Assembly (NCBI GenBank): GCA_002269645.1
Contig: NIVC01000424.1
Span: forward strand, 1-64,000
From: Macrostomum lignano
Taxonomy: Eukaryota
DNA length: 64,000 nt
Direction: 5' to 3'
Made by a program: the position numbers and the translations under genes. Positions 1-12,159 of this stretch are shown here, piece by piece. The number at the start of each line of letters is the position of its first letter. Positions within the stretch are counted from its first letter, which is position 1. The notes beneath the pieces are model-generated. The model was given only the letters and a program-made list of their open reading frames with translations, was not told where the DNA came from and did not search any database.

Positions 1-922
1 GATGTGTGTTCTCTATGATCCCATTTCCAATGTGTGTTCTCTATGATCCCATTTCCGATGTGTGTTCTCTGTGATCCCATTTCCAGTTTGTGTTCTCTGT
101 GATCCATTTCCGATGTGTGTTCTCTGTGATACCATTTCGAATGTGTATGTGTGTTCTCTATGGTCCCATTTCCGATGTGTGTTCTCTACGATCCCATTTC
201 CGATGTGTGTTCTCTGTGATCCCATTTCCGATGTGTGTTCTCTATGATCCCATTTCCGATGTGTGTTCTCTATAATCCCATTTCCGATGTGTGTTCTCTA
301 TGATCCCATTTCGATGTGTGTTCTCTATAATCCCATTTCCGATGTGTGTGTTCTCTATGATCCCATTTCCGATGTGTGTGTTCTCTATGATCCCATTTCC
401 GATGTGTGTTCTCTATAATCCCATTTCCGATGTGTGTTCTCTGTGATCCCATTTCCAGTTTGTGTTCTCTGTGATCCCATTTCGATGTGTGTGTGTGTGT
501 GTGTTCTCTATGTACCATTTCCAGTGTGTGTGTTCTCTATGTACCATTTCCAGTGTGTGTGTTCTCTGTGATCCCATTTCCAGTTTTTGTTCTCTATGTA
601 CCATTTCCGATGTGTGTGTTCTCTATGATCCATTTCGATGTGTGTCTCTATGACCCCATTTCCAGTTTGTGTTCTCTATGTACCATTTCCAGTGTGTGTG
701 TTCTCTATGATCCCATTTCCGATGTGTGTGTTCTCTATGATCCCATTTCCGATGTGTGTGTTCTCTATGATCCCATTTCCGATGTGTGTTCTCTGTGATC
801 CCATTTCCGATGTGTGTTCTCTATGATCCCATTTCCGATGTGTGTTCTCTATGATCCCATTTCCGATGTGTGTGTTCTCTATGATCCCATTTCCGATGTG
901 TGTTCTCTGTGATCCCATTTCC
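1..922. repeat. 28-30 bp minisatellite, probably in the last intron of an upstream ALT paralogue
   Basis: Tandem unit GATGTGTGTTCTCTATGATCCCATTTCC with GT-number variants. It ends ~45 bp before the acceptor at 966-967. The ORFs called here are repeat artefacts. Confidence 0.95.
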
Positions 923-967
923 GTTCATTATCATCTTAATAATGACAATTGTGTACTTCTGTTTCAG

Positions 968-1058
968 AATGACCATTCTACCGCCAGTTGACAAGCTGCG
1001 ACAGGTCATGGAGCAGTTTCGAGATTTTCATCAGAGTTTTGTGAATCGATTTTCGTAA
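968..1058 (+). CDS. GPT: Terminal exon of an upstream alanine aminotransferase paralogue (rest of gene outside the window)
   Basis: Acceptor tttcAG at 966-967, phase 2. Translates (R)MTILPPVDKLRQVMEQFRDFHQSFVNRFS*, homologous to the last exon at 8613-8703 and to the ALT C-terminus. Confidence 0.88.
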
Positions 1059-1371
1059 TAACCAGACGTGCACAGGACGGGAGAAATTCTTTCAACCTTT
1101 TTGTTAGAGATTGCAGTTTTTAAAACTTCTAATTTTTCCAGGATCCGGTTGTCTTAATTATTTTATACAATTTTACAAATAGAGTTGTATTTGTTAGCGT
1201 TTGATTTTAACTGCATAGTGTGTTGACTCATTAGATCTGATTTTTTTACAATTATACTCAATTGTTTACATACTGATTTATCTATGATTGATCAAACTCA
1301 AGATCAAGCAGAAATTTTCCTTTCTGCAATTTTTCACGTTTAAATGTTTGCAAGATTAGGGATACTACCGT

Positions 1372-2440
1372 ACTACCCCTGAGTCAGCTACCATTGAGTC
1401 TGAACTCTCAGCTACCCCTGAGTCATAACTTCAGCTACCCCTGAGTCAGAATCCTCAGCTACCCTGAGTCAGAATCCTCAGCTACCCCTGAGTCTGAATC
1501 CTCAGCTACCCCTGAGTCGAATCTCAGCTACCCCTGAGTCAGAATCCTCAGCTACCCCTGAGTCTGAATCCTCAGCTACCCCTGAGTCGGAATCCTCAGC
1601 TACCCCTGAGTCGGAATCCTCAGCTACCACTGAGTGTGAATCCTCAGCTACCCCTGAGTGTGAATCCTCAGCTACCCCTGAGTGTGAATCCTCAGCTACC
1701 CCTGAATCGGAATCTTCAGCTACCCCTGAGTCGAGTCCTCAGCTACCCCTGAGTCGGAATCTTCAGCTACCCCTGAGTCGGAATCCTCAGCTACCCCTGA
1801 GTCGGAATCTTCAGCTACCCCTGAGTCGGAGTCCTCAGCTACCCCTGAATCGGAATCTTCAGCTACCCCTGAGTCGGAGTCCTCAGCTACCCCTGAGTCG
1901 GAATCCTCAGCTACCCCTGAGTCGGAATCTTCAGCTACCCCTGAGTCGGAGTCCTCATTAGCCCTGAGTAGGAATCTTCAGCTACCCCTGAGTCGGAAAC
2001 TCAGCTACCCCTAAGTGTGAATCTCAACTACCACTGAGTGTGAATCCTCAGCTATCCCTGAGTCGGAATCTTCAGCTACACCTGAGTCGGAATCCTCAGC
2101 TACCCCTGAGTCGGAATTCTTCAGCTACCCCTGAGTGTGAATCCTCAGCTACCCCTGAGTCTGAATCTTCAGCTACCCCTGCGTGTGAATCCTCAGCTAC
2201 CCCTGAGTCGGAATCTTCAGCTACCCCTGAGTCGGAATCCTCAGCTACCCTGAGTCGGAATCCCAAGCTACCCTGAGTCGGAATCCTCAACTACCACTGA
2301 GTGTGAATCCTCAGCTACCCCTGAGTCTGAATCCTCAGCTACCCTGAGTCGGAATCCTCAGCTACCCCTGAGTGTGAATCCTCAGCTATCCCTGAGTCTG
2401 AATCCTCAGCTACCCTAGTGACTGAGTCCCCAGCTACATT
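1372..2440. repeat. 24-bp minisatellite between the two ALT genes
   Basis: Unit CTCAGCTACCCCTGAGTCGGAATC, roughly 44 copies by length. The ESSATPES ORFs are read-throughs of the unit. Confidence 0.95.
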
Positions 2441-2561
2441 GAATCTCCATCACTATTGTGCATGTTCGAAGTAGAAGCCGTTTGATTCGCTCAGCTTCAC
2501 ACTTATCAAAGAAGACAAAAGACATAATTTTTACAAGAAGCAACTCAATTAAAGATTTAAA

Positions 2562-2953
2562 ATGCAGCAAGCGTCAGGCAAAGTGCTCACCCTTGAGTCG
2601 ATGAACCCGTGCGTGAAACGACTCGAATACGCCGTTCGCGGACCCATAGTTGCTAGGGCTACTCAACTAGAGAAGGAATTAAAATCCGGCGCTACTAAGC
2701 CATTTTCCGAGGTCATCAGGTGCAACATTGGCGACTGTCACGCTATGGGCCAGAAGCCAATCACCTTTCTGCGCCAGGTGATTGCTGTGCTCTCTGATCC
2801 CAGCCTGATGGACTCTGACCGCTATCCCGCCGATGTCAAGGCCAGGGCTAAGCGGATTCTGGAGGGCTGCGGGGGTGGCAGCGTGGGCGCCTACAGCGCC
2901 TCCTGCGGCGTGCCCGTTATTAGGGAAGACTGCGCCAAGTATATTGAGGCTCG
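2562..2953 (+). CDS. GPT: Alanine aminotransferase exon 1 of 4; join(2562-2953,4318-4762,5699-6225,8613-8703) = 1455 nt, 484 aa
   Basis: [30 protein letters not shown]...[19 protein letters not shown] matches the ALT N-terminus. Donor CG|GTGAGG, phase 2. Confidence 0.93.
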
Positions 2954-3059
2954 GTGAGGCCTGACTTTTGTTGATTGCTGTTTATCTAGGCGTTTCTTTG
3001 TTCTTGATTCAAAAGGCGGGACGCATATTCCCAGATCCCAAGGCGATTCCCAAGTTATG

Positions 3060-4170
3060 ATTCTTGTCCCAAATAAGGATTCTACTCCCAAATAGGGATT
3101 CTTCTAAATAGGGATTCTCCTCCCAATAGGGACTCTTCTAAATAGGGATTCTCCCAAGTAGGGATTTTTATAAATAGGGATTCTTCTCCCAAATAGGGAT
3201 TCCTCCCAAATGGGGATTCTAATCCCAAATAGGGATTCTTCTAAATAGGGATTCCTCTCCCAAATACGGATTCGACTCCCAAATAGGGATTCTTCTTCCA
3301 AATAGGGATTCTTCTTCCAAATAGGGATTCTTCTTCCAAATAGGGATTCTTCTTCCAAATAGGGATTCTTCTTCCAAATAGGGATTCTTCTCCAAATACG
3401 GATTCGACTCCCAAATAGGGATTCTTCTTCCAAATAGGGATTCTTCTCCCAAATAGGGATTCTACTCCCAAATAGGGATTCTTCCAAATAGGGATTCTTC
3501 TTCCAAATAGGGATTCTTCTTCCAAATAGGGATTCTTCTCCCAAATAGGGATTCTTCTTCCAAAATAGGGATTCTTCTCCCAAATAGGGATTCTTCCAAA
3601 TAGGGATTCTTCTTCCAAATAGGGATTCTTCTCCCAAATAGGGATTCTTCCAAATAGGGATTCTTCTCCCAAATAGGGATTCTTCTCCCAAATAGGGATT
3701 CTTCCAAATAGAGATTTTTCTCCCAAATAGGGATTCTTCTCCCAAATAGGGATTCTACTTCCAAATAGGGATTCATCTAAATAGGGATTCTTCTAAATAG
3801 GGATTCTCCTCCCAAGTAGGGATTTTTATAAATAGGGATTCTTCTCCCAAATAGGGATTCCTCCCAAATGGGGATTCTAATCCCAAATAGGGATTCTTCC
3901 AAATAGGGATTCTTCTCCCAAATACGGATTCTAATCCCAAATAGGGATTCTTCTAAATAGGGATTCCTCTCCCAAATACGGATTCTACTCCCAAGTACGG
4001 ATTCTACTCCCAAATAGGGATTCTTCTTCCAAATAGGGATTCTACTCCCAAGTACGGATTCTACTCCCAAATAGGGATTCTTCTTCCAAATAGGGATTCT
4101 TCTTCCAAATAGGGATTCTTCTCCCAAATAGGGATTCTTCCAAATAGGGATTTTTCTTCCAAATATCAAT
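3060..4170. repeat. Variable ~17-22 bp minisatellite in ALT intron 1
   Basis: Core CCAAATAGGGATTCTTCT repeated with length variants. Confidence 0.93.
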
Positions 4171-4317
4171 TCTACTGAATCTTATCCCAAATACCAAACC
4201 CGTATCATTATCCTAAAATCACCAGCTTAAAAATCCCTGTTTACAATCCTTCAACTTCCCCATCATATCGTTCCCAAATCTACAACTGTGACTAATCCCA
4301 AATCCTCACTCCTTCAG

Positions 4318-4762
4318 AGACGGCATCCCCGCTAACCCTGAGAACATCTTTCTGACTTCGGGCGCCAGCGAAGCTGTCAAGGCGGTGCTGGAACTTCTGG
4401 CAACTGGACAGGAGGGAGCCGATCAGCCTGGCGTGATGGTCCCCATACCGCAGTATCCTCTGTACTCAGCCAGCATCAGCCAGTACAATCTGCAGACTGT
4501 GCCCTACTACCTGGAAGAATCAGACAATTGGAGTCTGAGCCAGGCTGAGCTGCGCCGAGCCTACGATGAAGCTGTTGGTAAATGCAAGCCTCGCGCTTTG
4601 GTTGTGATTAATCCAGGAAATCCCACTGGCCAGGTACTGCGCAAAGAAATAATCGAAGATGTGATTCGATTTGCCAAGGAGAAGAACTTGTTCATTCTGG
4701 CTGATGAAGTCTATCAGCACAATGTGTACGCGGAGGGGGCCAAGTTTTACAGCTTCAAGCAG
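4318..4762 (+). CDS. GPT: Alanine aminotransferase exon 2
   Basis: Acceptor ccttcAG 4316-4317. (R)DGIPANPENIFLTSGASEAVK...PIPQYPLYSA...VINPGNPTGQVL...LADEVYQHNVY. Donor CAG|GTCAGT. Confidence 0.95.
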
Positions 4763-4856
4763 GTCAGTTGCTGTTTCTAATACTAAATCTTTAATCCATT
4801 GACTTCTTGAGCTTGACAGTCTGGTTCCCTAACCTACAATTTCATTCACTCTCTTA

Positions 4857-5290
4857 GAGGGGCCGTAGCCCAGTGGTCTAGCGCCGCGCTCTGATATGCC
4901 AACTAACGGCCCAGGCTCGATTCCAAGTGCAGTCACATTAATTTGCGGCTAAACTAAATTGGAATCTCGGCTTGGCTCTGCTTGTGCAATTAACGCCCTT
5001 CAGGACCAACCCCAAGGCACAGTGAAATGTACATGTCTATAACGATAATAAAGTTAGGGTCGCTGTACACTCCTGTGAGTGTGTGCCTGTGCGTATGACT
5101 GAGTACGTATCCGCGCGCTTGTATGCCGGCTCAGGGTCGCCGGTTGTGTGACACAATGTCACTTGAAGTGCGCCAGGGTGCACCACAGATACTAGAATAA
5201 GTAGATGGGCCACTCATCACATTTGCGTGTAAACTACTTTCAGTTCAGTAGTAAGTTATAAACCGAAGCATTTTAATGCATTTTTAAAGC
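4857..5290 (+). mobile_element. tRNA-derived SINE-like element in ALT intron 2 (3' limit approximate)
   Basis: Pol III A-box TAGCCCAGTGG (4866-4876) and B-box-like GGCTCGATTCC (4914-4924) at tRNA-like spacing. The acceptor stem does not pair, so it is not a functional tRNA. Confidence 0.6.
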
Positions 5291-5698
5291 CAAGGCTCAT
5301 TTATTGGTTCTTACCCCCGCTTAAACGCTCCAACCGCGCCTTTCCACACTACCCCCGCCCTGCCCCGCCCTGCCCGCCCCAATTTTTATTGCCTTTCTCG
5401 GAATTCCAGCCTAAAGCTACTATGTACATTTCAGTGGACTGGCCAGTGTACATTATTGCTGAACCAATTAGCAAGTTTGTTTACGCCTGCAAGCTTTTGG
5501 GCTTCTAAACTTATCAAAGTCATTTCAGCCGCCTTTTTTTATTAAATAGCTTATGTATTCTTCTTTGCTACTAAACTGAAAGTAGAAAGCTGTTTTACTA
5601 AGTATATGCCTGAGTGGCCCATCTAGTTATTCTAGTATCTGTGGGGTGCACACAGCCTACTGCCTCTAATGAACACACAATGACACTCTTTACTGTAG

Positions 5699-6225
5699 GT
5701 GCTGCACGGCATGGGCGACGCCTACTTCAAGGAGATGGAGCTGGCCTCGTTCATGTCGGCCAGCAAAGGCTACATGGGCGAGTGCGGCTTCCGCGGTGGC
5801 TACTGCGAGCTGGTCAACATGGACCCCGAGGTTCAGGCCATGCTGTACAAGCAGCTCAGCGCCCGCCTGTGCTCCGTGGTCATGGGCCAGGCCATCCTAG
5901 ATGTGATTATGAACCCGCCAAAGCCCGACGAGCCATCATTCGCTGAGCACGAGCGCGAGAAGTCTCAGGTGCTCGGCGACCTGAAGCTGAAAGCTCAAAT
6001 GGCCACTGAGACGTTCAACAGCATAGCCGGAATGCGCTGCAATCCGGTTCAGGGCGCCATGTACGCTTTTCCCAGCATTGAGCTGCCGCCCAAGCTGATT
6101 GAGGAGGCCAAGGCGAAGGGAATGCAGCCGGATGCGATGTACTGCACCGCACTGCTGGAGGAGAAGGGCGTCTGTGTTGTGCCCGGGTCGGGCTTCGGTC
6201 AGCGACCCGGCACCTACCACTTTAG
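5699..6225 (+). CDS. GPT: Alanine aminotransferase exon 3 (PLP-binding lysine)
   Basis: SFMSASKGYMGECGFRGGY motif; ...QGAMYAFP...VVPGSGFGQRPGTYHF(R). Acceptor tgtAG 5697-5698; donor AG|GTTTGT, phase 2. Confidence 0.95.
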
Positions 6226-6561
6226 GTTTGTATATACGAGTATCCTCTGTCTAGATCTGTTAATTTGCACTACTTAATTGATTGCTTTAGTGAATAAATT
6301 CATCCGATTTGATTGATTCGCTAAAGTAAGTGAAGTTTCAAGTAATGAATCTACGATCGACATTAAAAAACCTCGCCTACCTACAAATTACTAACGCGAG
6401 GTATAATTTTAAAATATAAGACAAAAGTACATCAGTTTTTTTCGAAACCATACATTCGATAAACCGATTGACTCCCATCAGCTCCACGCGTGCAGTGTGG
6501 ACATTTAGTGGGAACAAACCGGAGGGGTAGGATACATCAATTCATTTAACCTAGTATTAAC

Positions 6562-8370
6562 TAGGGAATACAAAATATCGAGTTTTGCCAATCCCGGGAT
6601 TCTCTGGATCGTGATATCCCGGACTTTGTCAATCCCGGGATTCTCTGGATCGGGGTATCCCGGACTTCGAAAATCCCGAGATTCTCTTGATCGGGATATC
6701 CCGGACTTCGAAAATCCCGGGATTCTCTGGATCGGGATATCCCGGACTTCGAAAATCCCGGATTCTCTGGATCGGGATATCCCGGACTTCGAAAATCCCG
6801 GGATTCTCGGGATCGGGATATCCCGGACTTCGAAAATCCCGGGATTCTCTGGATCGGGATATCCCGGACTTCGAAAATCCCGAGATTCTCTGGATCGGGA
6901 TATCCCTGACTTCGAAAATCCCGGGATTCTCTTGATCGGGATATCCCGGACTTCGAAAATCCCGGGATTCTCTGGATCGGGATATCCCGACTTCGAAAAT
7001 CCCGGGATTCTCTTGATCGGGATATCCCGACTTCGAAAATCCCGGGATTCTCTTGATCGGGATATCCCGACTTCGAAAATCCCGGGATTCTCTTGATCGG
7101 GATATCCCTGACTTCGAAAATCCCGGGATTCTCTTGATCGGGATATCCCTGACTTCGAAAATCCCGGGATTCTCTGGATCGGGATATCCCGGACTTCGAA
7201 AATCCCGGGATTCTCTGGATCGGGATATCCCGACTTCGAAAATCCCGGGATTCTCTGGATCGGGATATCCCCGACTTCGAAAATCCCGGGATTCTCGGGA
7301 TCGGGATATCCCGGAGTTCGAAAATCCCGCGATTTTCTTGATCGGGATATCCCTGACTTCGAAAATCCCGGGATTCTCGGGATCGGGATAATCCCGGACT
7401 TCAAAATCCCGGGATTCTCGGGATCGGGATATCCCGGACTTTGCCAATCCCGGATCCCGAAAAGTTGGGCCGGGATCCCGGATTAAAAAAGTTTCTAATT
7501 TTTGTTGGTGCATTTTTGGTTTACGAAGCCATCTAATCTGATTTTAAATGGCCTTCAGAATTGGAGTGTGATGTACGGACTGGCATATTAGACGTGCTTT
7601 TTTACGACCTATGGCGCGAGGTATTGATACTAGGTTAGAAGGGGATCAGACCTCCACCCTCCCAGGGGCACCCCCCCCCCTAGATGGAGAACTGGTAGCT
7701 TGGGTTGTGGGCCCATTCCGATAGTAAGGTCCCACTGTTCTAATCCCAGCTATGGCCAATGAGTTTTGGAGGTAGAGACTGCTTAAAGTACATGTAGTTC
7801 TGCCACCACCCCTATGCTGGGCATCTATAAAGGGTTTCTTAGCTAACAGTGCTAAGAATGAGGTCTTCCGCATAAAGGGGGGCTTCTGATCTGCACAAGG
7901 TCGAGACCCCCTAATTTTAGCTGGGTTTGAGATAGAGGGAGAGTTCCAATGAACAACGATTGACTCCCGTCTGGCAAGCTATAGCGCTGCGATCGGAAAT
8001 AATGAAGAATTGGCCTCCCTCTATTGCTTCGGACTCTGTGCATAGGTTTTAGAATAATAGTTACATTAGTCTGCGAGTACCATATGCACACAGTTGCGCG
8101 TACATTATTACACCTGAAATCTCCTACGATCTGCCCTGCAGCACTAGCCTTCTCACAAGCCTGCATGTTTAAAAGATTATTAAATCATAGCCGGCCAACT
8201 GGGTTAGGATTTTCACCTGACATTAGCTCAGCTGCAGATACTACTGCTCGAGATTGAATGATGGAATTATTGCAAACTGGGCTCGGGATCCCGATAGTCA
8301 ATCCCGGGATTTTCGAATCCCAGACAAGTGTGATCCCGGGGATTTCGGGATCCCGGGATTGTATTCCCTA
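6562..8370. mobile_element. Putative non-autonomous TIR element in ALT intron 3
   Basis: 12-bp terminal inverted repeat TAGGGAATACAA ... TTGTATTCCCTA, with ATCCCGGGAT motifs next to both ends. No target-site duplication visible. Confidence 0.5.
6590..7490. repeat. ~41-bp minisatellite built from palindromes
   Basis: Unit CCCGGACTTCGAAAATCCCGGGATTCTCTGGATCGGGATAT contains ATCCCGGGAT and TTCGAA, with GGGATATCCC across the unit junction. Confidence 0.95.
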
Positions 8371-8612
8371 AGTGTGAATTCGGGTGGCTGGTCGGGGTTG
8401 CAGCGAGACTAGGAGACCAGCTATAAAAATCGATAAGCCCCTCACCGCTTTACTCACCCTGCTTCCGCAAATCCACACGTACAGACTGTATTTTGACTAT
8501 AATCAGATAAGTGGCACTCTTGGACTGGTAGTGTTTATCCGTTATGTTAACCGTTTAATCTGCTACTTGCCTTATTAAATATCGTGATTTTTTGTCTCAT
8601 CTCATCCCACAG

Positions 8613-8703
8613 GATGACGATTTTGCCGCCAGTCGAGAAGCTAAAGAATGTGATGCAAATTTTCAAAGAATTTCACGAGAGCTACGTGAACCGCTACAAA
8701 TAA
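8613..8703 (+). CDS. GPT: Alanine aminotransferase exon 4 (terminal)
   Basis: Acceptor cccacAG 8611-8612, phase 2. (R)MTILPPVEKLKNVMQIFKEFHESYVNRYK*. Confidence 0.92.
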
Positions 8704-9319
8704 TTTGAATCGTAGAGAGATGATTTAATTAACAGAATAATCATTTTTGACCGTGACGTTTTTTGTGTAAGCTTGTTGTGTCCTGTCATATTGAGTAGTG
8801 GACCGCCGCCCCGCAACTTAGTTATTAATTATCAGATTTTGCATAGCTGTACTTTTAACTCCCCCGATTTAAAATATTTTGAAGTAGAAATATTTAAGAG
8901 AATCACAGCTTTCAAGCGCTCATATCTAGACTTTCATCGCATGTTATTTGCTTTTTTAAGTTATCTACCATCTACAAGCTATGATTTTTTTCTTTAATCA
9001 AGATACGAGCTAAACAAGTTCTACTCTAAGTAGTCTACTATAGAATGTTGCTTGGCATCGCAATCGCCTGTTTTTCCATAGTGTTATCCGAGTGAATAAT
9101 AGTTTTCGTGAACACTTTAGAAGCTTCTTACTTATTATTTAGTCTGTCTTCTATTCAACCTTTTCTGCACTCTAGCAATTTAATAGCAATTTAAAGTATT
9201 AGGCAACAAATTAAAGTAGACGTACGTCCTTCCAACCAAAAAATAGTTTTTTTTCTGAGCAAATATATTTAGACTCAATTTGTTTGTTCTTCTGCTCTTT
9301 TCATTTCTGGCATCGCTTC

Positions 9320-10110
9320 AAGAGACAGGGCCAGGGGCGCTTAATACCTAAGAGACAGGGGCGCTCAATACCTAAGAGACAGGGGCGCTCAATACCTAAG
9401 AGACAGGGGCGCTCAATACCTAAGAGACAGGGGTGCTCAATACCTAAGAGACAGGGGCATCCACTACCTAAGAGACAGGGGTGCCCACTACATAAGAGAC
9501 AGGGGTGCCCACTACCTAAGAGACAGGGGCATCCACTACCTAAGAGACAGGGGTGCCCACTACCTAAGAGACAGGGGCATCCACTACCTAAGAGACAGGG
9601 GCATCCACTACCTAAGAGACAGGGGTGCCCACTACCTAAGAGACAGGGGCATCCACTACCTAAGAGACAGGGGCATCCACTACCTAAGAGACAGGGGCGC
9701 CCACTACCTAAGAGACAGGGGCGTCCACTACCTAAGAGACAGGGGCGCCCACTACCTAAGAGACAGGGGCATCCACTACCTAAGAGACAGGGGCGCCCAC
9801 TACCTAAGAGACAGGAGCATCCACTACCTAAGAGACAGGGGCGCCCACTACCTAAGAGACAGAGACGCCCACTACCTAAGAGACAGGGGTGCCCACTACC
9901 TAAGAGACAGAGACGCCCACTACCTAAGAGACAGGGGCGCCCACTACCTAAGAGACAGAGACGCCCACTACCTAAGAGACAGGGGTGCCCACTACCTAAG
10001 AGACAGAGACGCCCACTACCTAAGAGACAGGGGCGCCCACTACCTAAGAGACAGAGACGCCCACTACCTAAGAGACAGGGGCGCCACTGCCTACGAGACG
10101 AGCGCCCTTG
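9320..10110. repeat. 24-bp minisatellite
   Basis: Unit CCTAAGAGACAGGGGCGCCCACTA. The PKRQGRPL ORF is a repeat read-through. Confidence 0.95.
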
Positions 10111-10167
10111 AAAGAGAATCATATTTTAAAAAATCGTGTATTTTAATTTAAACTTTTTCAGCATCGA

Positions 10168-10740
10168 ATGTCCACCTCGTCGCATCAAATACTTGTAGAG
10201 CCCTCTTGCCGGCAGCTTAGGATGTTAATTCAACGCCATCTGGCCAAAGGATGTCGATGCTGTTTGCACGTTGTTGCAGTCTCTGCTCCTAGTAGCAGTA
10301 ACATTGTTAGTCGAACCATTCCTTTGTGCTCGAATCCCGACGATTCATGCCTATCGGAGTCTTCAGCAGCATCGGACAAGTGCTTACCAATGTCTGCTAG
10401 CGATCTCAGCATCCTGGATGAAGCTGCAGTCAAAACAAGCGATGATGACAACAATTTTGATGACGATTGCGAAGCTGCTGGTTTATTAAATTTATTGTCG
10501 CTGTCAAAGTTGACAGACAATAATTGTGATGAGTTTGTTAATAATGATGGTTCGGCAAGCGCTGGTCGAGCTTCGAGTACACCTGTACCGCCAGGCGCTT
10601 CTCCCTGTGCTGCTGAGCCCGAGCTTGAACTGTCTATGGCCGAACCGTTGAACTCGGCTACTGGGCAGGATTCACTGATGGAGAGCGTGCCAAACCGATC
10701 TCTGCTGTGCAAGTACAGGCTGTACTGTTCTCGGCGTTGA
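10168..10740 (+). CDS. Possible 190-aa ORF or exon of unknown function (Ser/Asp-rich)
   Basis: Non-repetitive ORF preceded by an acceptor-like tttttcAG. No recognisable motif; an antisense ORF (10230-10712) is also open. Confidence 0.25.
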   Translation: MSTSSHQILVEPSCRQLRMLIQRHLAKGCRCCLHVVAVSAPSSSNIVSRTIPLCSNPDDSCLSESSAASDKCLPMSASDLSILDEAAVKTSDDDNNFDDDCEAAGLLNLLSLSKLTDNNCDEFVNNDGSASAGRASSTPVPPGASPCAAEPELELSMAEPLNSATGQDSLMESVPNRSLLCKYRLYCSRR

Positions 10741-12159
10741 TGGAGTTATTCATTTCCGTACCTTTTGTTTTGTTCAAAAATTTTGCTTTCTCTTTTGGTA
10801 TTCATTTTTACAAACTGCTCGTCTGTTTCTGCCTGCACAGCCAACCTGACCGTTGAAAGCTTTACCGGGACAAGAATTGCTATAGTGTCATTGCAAAGAA
10901 CTCTCGGGCGATTCTTGTGACTTTTTAACGACTCAAACGACTGCAATACATGTACGACTGAGAGGCGACTGTAACGTGAACTCTTAACGTGCGTTGTAGA
11001 ATCGTAAGAGTTGCGAAAAAGTCGTCTAGCAGAGAGTCGTTGTGTTAGCGCTTGGATTTCTACTAACTCAAGTAGACTGAATAGAGTTGTTAAAAATGCA
11101 AAATGCGATCCTGATTTATGAAGTCACCCAGGTGCACTTTAGATGCAACTCAGTGATTCTGCAGCGACTCTGGCACGCCTTGGATACGACTCTGCGGCCC
11201 AAGAGTCATTTAGAAGTCCGCAAACAATAAGACGCCCCAAATTGACTCTTAGGACAACTAATTGACGACTTTTTGGCGACTCCTACCTAGAGTCGCCTAG
11301 AGTCACTTATCCTATTTTACCTGTGTTACCTGCAACAACTTTGAAACAAAGCTGGGGCAACGCAAGTGACTCTAGAATGCTTCTTGGTTTAAGTACCATT
11401 TTCATCGGGCTAACTACCTTCCTGCCTTCCTACATGCTTACGAGTACCTGTCTATCAGAATACCTAGTCTACATATCATATGCATGAATGTACTAATTTT
11501 TAGTATATAGGATTACACCTTATATCGTATGAAATTCTATGATTTAAGTCTAATGGTTTACTGCAAATATCACGCATTTCGAAGTATTTTTTGTTAAGTC
11601 CGTTTTTTTAATTATTTACCCCGTGGGTATTTGCATGTACCGTTTTTGTGTTGAATCGTTGTTTTTATCTTACTATTAGTAGTTGCATTATTGCAGAGCA
11701 CAAGGTTAATATTGGTGTAATTTGATTAAACTACTCGTAGATACATTTTTTCCAGCATTTTTACTCTTATTCTTATTTATTTACTGATATCCGAGTTCGT
11801 GTATAAATGCGTGTATTTTTCTCTGTGTTCGCACTTCGTCACACTAAAATGTATATAGAGTTTAACTATTGCGCTTTTACATTTTATTCGTGTTTCCATG
11901 TAGTAGCTGAATGGTAGCTCGTAAATCACCTGACCTACAGTATGTTTTTTATTACTATTCACTGGCGGCTTGAGTATTGCTTCAAAAAACGTTACATTGA
12001 AGCTATAATGCTGTGCTTTATTTCTATGAGCTGGTAGCTGATCACCGAAGCTGTGAAAACATCCTTGCGTTTGAGTAATTTATTCAATATTTTGATTATC
12101 GTACGCTAGCTTTTTCTTCTTAGAACGAATTTGTATAGACAGCTGCATAACTACACTAG

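Noticed and set aside
2040-2276. Mucin-like ESSATPES protein or N-terminal extension of ALT
   Set aside because: Part of the 24-bp array, broken by frequent 1-bp deletions and not splice-linked to ALT.
4857-4936. tRNA gene
   Set aside because: A- and B-boxes are present but the acceptor stem does not pair; treated as a SINE head.
10940-11380. Possible MITE with GACTC/GAGTC subterminal motifs
   Set aside because: Recurrent short motifs are visible, but I could not define convincing TIRs or a TSD.
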